Source: a virus
Direction: 5' to 3' (one strand)
IMG/VR virus record: IMGVR_UViG_3300045988_098493
Coordinates: 1 to 43,067 of that record
Length of the DNA stretch: 43,067 nt
Both the position numbers and the translations under genes were made by a program. The notes below the pieces were generated by a model. The model worked only from the letters and a program-made list of their open reading frames with translations. It was not told the DNA's origin and made no database searches. Positions 26,510-35,200 of this stretch are shown here, one piece after another (the first letter of the stretch is position 1; each line of letters starts with the position of its first letter).

Positions 26510-27090
26510 GCAGAGTAACAGATGCGCGGAACGAGTTGCAGCAGTACGAAGCGACGAAGCCGGGAGCTTACCAGAGCCAGTACAGCGACAAGATCAACGA
26601 CACGATGGGCCGGCTGGAAGGAATGAAAACCTTCAGCTACGACCCGGAAAAAGACGTGGCCTTTACCCAGTATAAGAACAACACCACCCGGCGGGCAAAG
26701 CTGGCCAACGAGAATGCACAGGCGTCGGCGTCGGCGCTGACCGGCGGGTATGGTTCGAGCTACGGCACACAGGCCGGTCAGAACGCTTATCAGAACGCCA
26801 TGAGCACCTTGGACACCGTGACCGATAACTTATACGATCAGGCATACAACAGCTACAACCAAAAGAAATCGAACCTGAAGCAGCAGCTGGCCGGGTATCA
26901 GGCGGCGGAACAGCAGGACTACAACCAGTATCAGGATCAGCTTTCGGACTGGTACAACGGGCTGAACTACTACCAGAACAAATACGATCAGGCCAGCGAT
27001 GAACAGCAGCAGACGACGAGCAACTGGATCAACGGCATCGGTCAGGTGGTGCAATTTGCAGCAAAGCTGATTCCGCTGCTGTTTCTTTAA
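26506..27090 (+). CDS. Q/N/Y-rich protein (194 aa) with a hydrophobic C-terminal tail; paralogue of 27105-28520
   Basis: Motifs shared with the next gene: PGAYQSQYSDKIN vs PGAYQSRYKDRIN, and TGGYGSSYGTQAGQNAYQNAM vs SGGYGSSWAGNVAQQGYNEQM. It ends IGQVVQFAAKLIPLLFL. Confidence 0.65.
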   Translation: MSRVTDARNELQQYEATKPGAYQSQYSDKINDTMGRLEGMKTFSYDPEKDVAFTQYKNNTTRRAKLANENAQASASALTGGYGSSYGTQAGQNAYQNAMSTLDTVTDNLYDQAYNSYNQKKSNLKQQLAGYQAAEQQDYNQYQDQLSDWYNGLNYYQNKYDQASDEQQQTTSNWINGIGQVVQFAAKLIPLLFL

Positions 27091-27104
27091 GAGGTGAGTG
27101 AACA

Positions 27105-28520
27105 ATGGGAACGATTAGACGAAAGAATGAAGCCGTGAAGGCGATGAACGCGGCAGAACAGTCGATGCCGGGGGCTTATCAGAGCCGGTACAAAGACCGC
27201 ATCAACGCGGCGCTGGATGCGCTGGGCGGCAGCGGGACCGACAGCGCCGTGGACGACTTGACCGCGCAAGCCTTTGACCAGTACCGCCAGAGGGCCGGTC
27301 AGAATGCATCGGCAGCGGCGCAGAACGCCGTGGATGTGACGAACGGGCTTTCGGGCGGGTACGGCTCGAGCTGGGCCGGGAACGTGGCCCAGCAGGGCTA
27401 CAACGAGCAGATGGCAGCGGTGGACGACGCGCTGCCCAGCTTGCGGGCCAAAGCGGCCAGCCGGGTGCAGGACCAGCAGAACAGCCTGACGGACCTTTTG
27501 AATGCCATGATGACGCAGGAAAACATTGACCAGAGCGAACACAGCGGCAGCGTGGCAGATGCCCAGAACTGGCGAGACTACACGGCCAGCCGTGCCGACA
27601 CCGCACGGCAGGAGGTTTCGAACTTCTGGAACAATGCATGGAACGCGGTGAAGAATGCCGGGTCTGCGGCGCTGACGGCCTATGATACTTACAAGGGGTA
27701 TACGCAGCAGCAGTGGGCGAACCAGATGGCAGAAAAGCAGTACAACGACAGCTATGAGAAAGATATTCTGGACAGGGCGTATGAGTATTACAAAAACAAA
27801 GACGAACCGGAGCTTGCGAACAAGCTGCTTTCGGAGATCGGACTGACTACGGATGTCTTTAATCAGAAGGAAAGCGGAGAAGATTACACATTCACGGAAC
27901 AGCTGAAGGGCTTGAAAGATGCCATCAGTCTGGCACAAGCCGGGCAGACGGATGCGGCACGATGGGTGGCGCAATCGTATGGTCTGCCGGAGAACCTCAT
28001 CAATTACAGCCTTTATACGGCGACGGGAGGGTATTCCGGCGGAAGTTCGGGCGGCGGTTCCAGCTACAGCCGGAGTTCGGGGAGCACGAGAAGCTCGGGC
28101 AGTTCCGGCAGCTCGGGCGGAACGAGCGGCGGCATCCAGTATTCGAGCGGAAACATCACGACCTTGCTGGGAAAACTGGCCAGCCTGAAAGAGGGAACGA
28201 CCCAATACAAAGTGATCGCAGATCAGCTGAGAGATGCCGGTGTGAATGTTCCCGGCAGTACGGACACGAGCGGGACCCAGCCCGACAGGCGCATCCAGCT
28301 GAGCCTTGACCCGGGCAGCAAATGGGGCAGTATCGGAACGACCGGCGGGAGCAAGACGACCCAGAGCGGGCAGAAAACGCTCAGCCGGGTGGATATTGCG
28401 GCCAACGCGGCAAAGGGGCAGAAAGAAAAGGGAGCTGACGACCAGACGATCTATGAGAGTCTGCGGCTGCAGGGCTACTCGGAAGATGAAATTTACGAAG
28501 CATTGAGCCGACTGTCATAA
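27105..28520 (+). CDS. Q/N/S/G-rich protein (471 aa), paralogue of 26506-27090; possible internal or ejection protein
   Basis: The N-terminal ~120 aa are paralogous to the preceding gene. It has an S/G low-complexity tract (GGYSGGSSGGGSSYSRSSGSTRSSGSSGSSGGTSGG). Confidence 0.65.
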   Translation: MGTIRRKNEAVKAMNAAEQSMPGAYQSRYKDRINAALDALGGSGTDSAVDDLTAQAFDQYRQRAGQNASAAAQNAVDVTNGLSGGYGSSWAGNVAQQGYNEQMAAVDDALPSLRAKAASRVQDQQNSLTDLLNAMMTQENIDQSEHSGSVADAQNWRDYTASRADTARQEVSNFWNNAWNAVKNAGSAALTAYDTYKGYTQQQWANQMAEKQYNDSYEKDILDRAYEYYKNKDEPELANKLLSEIGLTTDVFNQKESGEDYTFTEQLKGLKDAISLAQAGQTDAARWVAQSYGLPENLINYSLYTATGGYSGGSSGGGSSYSRSSGSTRSSGSSGSSGGTSGGIQYSSGNITTLLGKLASLKEGTTQYKVIADQLRDAGVNVPGSTDTSGTQPDRRIQLSLDPGSKWGSIGTTGGSKTTQSGQKTLSRVDIAANAAKGQKEKGADDQTIYESLRLQGYSEDEIYEALSRLS

Positions 28521-28557
28521 AAAAAGACCCTCACCGTATTTCTGCGGTGAGGGTCTT
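28519..28557. terminator. Bidirectional intrinsic terminator between convergent genes
   Basis: A 13-bp perfect stem, AAGACCCTCACCG / CGGTGAGGGTCTT, with an 8-nt loop. An A-tract lies on the plus-strand 5' side, giving a U-tract for the minus-strand hicAB transcript. Confidence 0.7.
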
Positions 28558-28571
28558 GGAAAGCAGAGGAC

Positions 28572-28982
28572 TCAGGCGAGGTGGAGCTGATGCTTCAAGG
28601 CATCTTGCAGGACCTGACTGAAATTGACATTCCGTTCCAGTGCGGCGGCGTTGAGCCACGCGGGAAGCGTGACGGTGCGGCTGACCGACTTGTTCACGCT
28701 GGCAAGGCGGATCGAAGGCATATAGGCATCGACCAGAACGACACGCTCGTTCTCTTTTGGTTCGATGGAAGAAAGTGCGGAAGGCGCGGGGATGGGTTCA
28801 CCATCTTCTTCCAGACCACACATCACACAACCAAGAAGTTCGCGGGCGGAGAGGAGCGCGTCCTCTTCGCTCGTGCCGCTTGTGGCGACGCCCAGATCTG
28901 GAAAATCGACCGCGATCTCCTGCCCTTCTTCATAGATGAATACCGCCGGATAGAAATAGCGGTCAGGCAGATTCTTTTTCAT
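28572..28982 (-). CDS. hicB: HicB antitoxin (HicB fold + C-terminal RHH-like DNA-binding tail)
   Basis: ATG at 28982 with GGAGG upstream. MKKNLPDRYFYPAVFIYEEGQEIAVDFPDLGVATSGTSEEDALLSARELL is the typical HicB N-terminus. The C-terminus is RTVTLPAWLNAAALERNVNFSQVLQDALKHQL. Confidence 0.85.
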   Translation of the reverse strand: MKKNLPDRYFYPAVFIYEEGQEIAVDFPDLGVATSGTSEEDALLSARELLGCVMCGLEEDGEPIPAPSALSSIEPKENERVVLVDAYMPSIRLASVNKSVSRTVTLPAWLNAAALERNVNFSQVLQDALKHQLHLA

Positions 28983-29002
28983 ACAGAAAACCTCCAATCA
29001 AA

Positions 29003-29200
29003 TCAACGGAACTTCAAACCGGATTGTTGCTCGATCCGATTCAATGTCGGCCTTGGAATATCTTTATCAGGGTCTTTTACCGTCACACGGCCTGTTTTGG
29101 TGGGATGCTTGAACTGGTGGTGACTGCCGACACAGTTCACCTCATACCAGCCATCCGCTTTTAGGGCCTTTATGACTTCCCGCGAAGAATAGCTTTTCAC
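29003..29200 (-). CDS. hicA: HicA mRNA-interferase toxin
   Basis: GTG at 29200 with GAGGAG 8 nt upstream gives a 65-aa product. (V/M)KSYSSREVIKALKADGWYEVNCVGSHHQFKHPTKTGRVTVKDPDKDIPRPTLNRIEQQSG is the canonical HicA pattern, including the GSHxxxxH motif. Confidence 0.85.
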   Translation of the reverse strand: MKSYSSREVIKALKADGWYEVNCVGSHHQFKHPTKTGRVTVKDPDKDIPRPTLNRIEQQSGLKFR

Positions 29201-29220
29201 ATCATCATCTCCTCGATAAC

Positions 29221-29249
29221 AGGATAACACATAGAATAATATTTGTCAA
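29221..29249 (-). promoter_or_regulatory. Sigma-70-type promoter for hicAB
   Basis: The minus strand reads TTGACA - 17 nt - TATCCT, immediately upstream of the hicA RBS. Confidence 0.55.
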
Positions 29250-29267
29250 CAGGAAAGGAAAACGGAT

Positions 29268-32200
29268 ATGGCGGTCACAAAAAGCCAACTTGCGCAATGG
29301 AGCAAGGAATATGAAGCGAAGCACCCGGACCGGAAAAACAAAGATACCTATCAGGGAAAGACTACGGCGCAGACGACCGCGGCGGCACAGCCGAAAACGG
29401 AACGAGTCACCCGAGAGCAGCTTGCACAGTGGGGCAAAGAATTTGATGCCAAGCAACAGGCCAAGAAAACGCAGGAGCGGGAAAACCTGTATGCGGCCGC
29501 CTATGACAGCTACCGGACGAACAACAATCTGGGGCTGGCGGACGAACTGGACAGCCGGAGTGACTGGCTGAACCAGCAGGACCTTGGGACCAAGGATGTT
29601 TACAAAGACGTGAACCGGTGGCGGGACACCGACGACAACCAGAACCTGATGGACGCCGTGCGGCGGGTGGACAGCACCCACGGAGCCTATACGGACGCGG
29701 ACCTGATCAAAAACGGCGGGTGGACACAGGCACAGATCGACCGGGCACGGGAGATCAATGCACAGTATGACACCGTTCCGCTGCTGGAAAAGGCCGAGCG
29801 GAGAATCGGAAACAGCGCGAAGAGCGTTGCGGCCAATGTTTCCGGCGCGGCGGCGATGGCTGCGGGTGCGCTGCCACAGGCAGTTGGCACGGAAGTGAAG
29901 GACGACGACCGCACCCGCACCCTGATGCGGGCCATCCAGCGCGTGGACGGAACGAACGGCATGTACACGGACCGAGACCTGATCCGGGCCGGATGGACGG
30001 CAGAAGAGATCGCCGATGCCCGTGCCCGACTGGCCCAAGGACAGGCCAGCGTGAAGGTGGACAACCCTGTTTACAACTGGGGCAGGGACACCCACCAAAA
30101 AGGCGAAGAGCTGCTGGCCGATGCACAGGCGGGCGAGAGCGGCGTACAGAAGTTCATGCACAGTGCGGCGCTGAGCGCCGGAGAAAACCTCGTGCTGGGA
30201 GCGGTGAATCCGGCGCTGGTGCTGCCCGTTCTGAGCTTGCAGGGCGCGGGCGACAGTCTGGCGGCCAGCGACGAGAGGGGCGAAAGCCCGGAAAAGGCTA
30301 TGACAAAGGCCGCGCTGAAGTTCGGCGCCGGCTGGGCCATCAACAGAGTGGGCGCGGCAGACCTTGCCAAGACGATGGGTTCCGATTATGCCAAAGATAC
30401 CGTGGCGGGGCAGATCGCGGACTTTGTGCGCGGCATGGCGGGTGAATCTCCGTTTGCACAGCAGTATCCCGCCATTGCGAACGCCGTTTCGGGCGGCATC
30501 GACAACGCCATGCAAGCGTTCGTGGAGAGCTATGCTGATCAGGCTATCGATGCAGCACTGGGCGACACGGAGACCGCCCAGAAGATGTTCACCAAGGAAA
30601 ACTTCCTGAGCGCACTGGAAAGCGGGCTTTCGGGCGGTGTATCCGGCGCGATGGGCGGCGCTGCGGGCACAGGCGTGGGTGCTGTGAAAGAAAAGGCAAA
30701 ACAGACGGCGGTGAATGCGGCACAGGAACGGGCGGCTCAGGCCGGACAGACCATCCAGCAAACGGAAACGGCAGCGAAAAAGACCCAGCAGCGCACACAG
30801 GAACCCGGGATGCAGAGCCAGACTGTGCAGGAAGGGGCAGCGGAAAAAGCAGCGGTCGCGGAACCGAAGGCTGAAAGCGCTGCGGAAGAAAAAACGGAAC
30901 CGGCAGAACCTGTGAAAAGCCAGAATGCAAACCCTGCAGTTCGGCAGTTCGAACAGGCTGTGGAAGCCGGTGGCCTGACGGGAAAGACCATACGGCTGTT
31001 TACGCCGGAAGCTGGAAATGAAGCCAACCGTGCCGCGCTGGAAGAAGCCTATGGCGTGAAGCTGCCGGAAACTGCGGCATCGACCCGGCGGATGCTGCGG
31101 GATTTGGCTGCACAACAGAACGAAGTAAAAAGTGCGGCGGCCGCACACCCGGAAATCAAACCGCAGACTGTGGAAAAGGCTGGGGAAATGGTGGAAACCT
31201 CTCAGTCTGCTGGCGCAGACAGCTCCCCTAATGAGGGGAGCCATTGGCAGGACGGGACAGCTGTGCTGGATGAACAAAGCCCAACGGTGCAGAAAATCGA
31301 TGGCCCTGCGGCAGAGGGCAGAGACTACTCGGACGCAGAGCTGAAGGCTGACCCGGCGGCATCTGAGGGCAGCGGCCCGCTGCGGGAAACCTATGGACTG
31401 CGGGAGCCGAGCAGTCAGACGGCCCGACAAGCGGAAGTGGCAAGCACTCTGAAACAGTGGGGCATCAAGAGCGACAGTGCCGTGCAGGACATCAGCCAGA
31501 AGCTGCCCAAAGGTGTGGAAGCCAAGCGGTATGCAGCGGCGGCATCGACCATTTACCGGGTGGCGCAGATGGAAGAGGTGAAGAGCTTCGACGATGCGCT
31601 GAAGCTGGCGGGCGCGATGAACCATACGGCTTTGAATGTGAGCTATGTGCTGGACAGCGGCGACGCCGGACGGCTGGCGCTGAAGCAAGCTTATCTCTAT
31701 GGTGCGGATATCAAAGAACAGCCGAACTATGGCGGTCAGCTGACGAGCATGAGCACGAGCGGAGAAGGAACCGTTTATTACAAAGGAACACTGGACCACA
31801 ACGGGGCCGACATGGGAAGCCGCCTGATCGAGCTGAATGCAAAAGCCACCGGCACGGATGCCATTTTGCAGAACGTGCTTCAGAATGACCCAAATGTAAA
31901 AGCCTACGTGGACACGGAAACAGGGCGTATTTTCTTCGGCGACAGCGTGACAGATCTGTTTGGGACCATCCTGCACGAGGATTATCATTGGTATAACTCG
32001 CTGGACAGCGAGGGAGCAAAGACGCTTCAGGATCATGCCCTGCAGTATCTGGCCGAGATGGACGGATACGAGAGCGTCGATGAGATGATCCGGGAAAAGC
32101 TGGACGTCTATGCACGGCAGGGATTGACCTATGCACAGGCCGCTGAAGAGCTTGTAGCGGATGCATGGCGGGGAATCTTTTCGACGGAAGCAGATTTCAA

Positions 32201-35200
32201 GTGCTGGGTGGAGTTCCAGCGCGGTCAGGCTGAGAAAAACGCGGGCACAGCGGGCAAGGTGAAGGCTGTAATGAACCGGGTGAAGAAGTTGCTGACGGAC
32301 ATCATCAGCCGCGCAAAGGAAGTTCTGACCCATGACCCGGACAATGCGGCCGCGCTGAAAGCGAAGCGTCTAGCCGAAGCAGAACGGCGTATTTTACAGG
32401 ACGAATATTTTGCCCATGCGGAAAAGGCGATGGACAACCTGCGGGCGGCAAAAGAAAACGCCGCTGCCCTCAAAACAGAGGACACGGCGGGAAGAAAAGG
32501 GATTCGGTTCTCGATTCAGAAAAATGCTGACGGTGAAAGCTACATCAAGATCGACGAAGATATTCTAAAGGATGTTCCGCAGGAAGAATGGAAAGCGGTC
32601 GTCAAGCAGACCATTAAAGACCGGTATCCAAATGGTTTTCAGCGGAACGGATGGACGATTTTGAATCATAAAGATGGAAGAAGTGAATTTGTTCGTTCTA
32701 AATCAACGATGATGTTGCAACGAAGCAATGAAAAGATTTATGTAGATAAAATGCGGATGGCCGCGAATCTGGATGAGATCATTCAAACGGCGGATGAAGT
32801 GTATCGTGAACCCGCAAATCATAAGAATGCAGAAGCATTCAACCGAGGAAAAATCGAAATTCAGGTCGGTCAAAATTTCTATGAGGCGGATGTTCTGACG
32901 GCTATCAAGGCAGATGATCGGGAGATTTTCTATGATATCGTTAATATCGCCCCGGTAAACAATAAAGCCCTCTCGCGTACCCACATGGAATCGAATGATT
33001 CGGGGAGTAGTCTGCGAGAAGGCTTTATAGAACCCTTCGGTGGTACCCACATAGAATCCGAAGATTCAAGGAGTAGATTGCCGAAGGGTTCGATGGAGAC
33101 CTCCGGCAAAGCCCACATGGAATCCGAAGATTCGGGGAGCAGAGGGTCGGAAGTCTCTAAACAAAGTATAGCACAAGATTTCACTGAAAGCAAGAGAACC
33201 GACGAACCTGTGAAAAAATCGGTGCGGTTCCAGCTGGGAACGCCGGTGGAGGTGGACACCAAGAAGGACCTTGTGGCGGTCCACAACCTGACGGAAGAGA
33301 ATCTGAAGGAATCGTTGGAGCTGGGAGGGATGCCGTCGCCGTCCATCGCGGTGGTCAAGGCGCAGGAAGGGCATACGAAGTATGGTCCTATTTCGCTGGT
33401 GTTTGGCTCGGATACCATTGACCCGGCGGTGAACAGCGCAAACCGCGTTTATGGTTCGGATGCGTGGACCCCGACAAGGCCGAATGTGGAGTATAAGATA
33501 AACGAGAAGGCACGGAACCAATTTGAAACCGCAGTAGACGACGCAAGCCGCAACGCTTTTGAAGGGAAATTTGCAAACAGCTCGGCTTTGCAGCGGATCG
33601 GCGTCGGCGATGTGAGCGGCGAGAGCCGAACGGAATTGGCCCAGAGACTGCAGAACGACACGGCGGTGCAGCTGGCCTATCTGAAGGCCAAGGGCGAAAC
33701 AGTGGAACCAGTGTATAAAACGGAACGGGACCAGTTCGACAGCCTTGGAAACGATGCCTTGGAAAAGGTCATCGAACATGTAGGCGGGGATGACCTCCGG
33801 GCAGTTTTTGAAAACGGTGACTTTGAACTCATGGACCAGCTGGCAGACAAAGCGGCAGATGCACTGGAAGAAAAGTACACCCATGGAACGCTGGAAGGAC
33901 AGAACCGGCGCTGGCAGATGCGGATCGATAAGCTGCGGAACAGCAACCGTGACCGGCTGTATGGGATGCTCGAGCACGCCTATAAGATGCTGACGGACAC
34001 CAGCGGCGGAAAGCCGACACTGGATGTGGAAGGGACGAGGACCGCGATTCGGGAAGCTGCCCCGGAAAATGAGGTCAAAAATTGGGTCTATGAGCAGCTG
34101 GGCAGCGTCTTAGGCGAGAAAGGAATCCGGAACAGCAAGGACCGTTTTACAGCGGGCGGAAAGAGCCGGACCTTTGAACAGCTGCACAACCCTTACACGC
34201 TGCAAAATCTTGTGGCGGCAATGAACCAGCAGAACGCCAGAGGGCAGGATGTCTGGGGGCTTTCGGCCAATACCCTGATGAGCACCGCGACGGCAGAATA
34301 TCAGAATCTGGACGAGGTACGGGCGGACAAAGGCCGCTTGCAGCAGATGCCGGAAGAAGAGTATCAGAAGCTGCTGAAACAGGCAGACCAGCAGATCGAA
34401 GCAGTCATCGACCAGCTCCGGAAAGAAACAACTGCGCACGCCGACAACAGCTTCGAAGAACGGGAAATCCTTGGTGATATCCTTCTGCGGGCTGCGCAGG
34501 GAAAACAGACCATGGCAGCGGTGACCAAAGCATTCGCGAAAGAAGATTATGCCATCAGCCGTGAGACGGCAAAGCAGATCGTGGCGCTGTACAAAACCAT
34601 TGCGGACATCCCGACCGGTTACTTTGAAGCAAAGCCCCAGCGGGCGGTGGACTTTGAGGAAGTCCGGGCGGCGATCGTGCCGGATAACACATCTTCGGAG
34701 GTGCTGAATGCGCTGAAGGAAAAGGGCGTGACCGTCTACGAATACAAGGCCGGAGACGATGCCCAGCGCACGAAGCTGCTGAATCAAGTGCCGAATGTCC
34801 GGTTCCAGCGTGCCGATCAGGCTGACCGGGATGCAAAACGGAACCGCCAGAGACAGGCCAGCCGGGTGATCGCGGACAACAGCGCGGCCATCCGGACGCT
34901 GACTGAGATGATGGGCCTGACCCGGGGCGTGCGGGTGAGCGATGACAGCATTCTGGGCAAAGCTGAACAGCTGATCAAAGCCAACGGCGCAAAGGGAAAG
35001 GCGGATGCGGAACATGTGGCGCGGGAGATGCGGACGCTGCTCGAGTACATGCGGACGGACGGCGCAGACATGAACAAGGCGCAGGGCCTTGGCGAAACGA
35101 TCGCGGGCGAGATCCTTGACCATGCGACCTACCGGAACACAGAGCTGTGGGAGCAGTTCCCGGAATACCATGATCTGAGCTATACTGTAGACAAAAACGG

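Noticed and set aside
32979-33150. CRISPR-like appearance: ~32-nt palindromic repeats separated by ~32-nt 'spacers'.
   Set aside because: The 'spacers' are also similar to one another, so the true unit is a 66-bp tandem repeat. There are only ~2.6 units with several mismatches. The repeat is in frame inside a long ORF, and no cas genes or leader are present.
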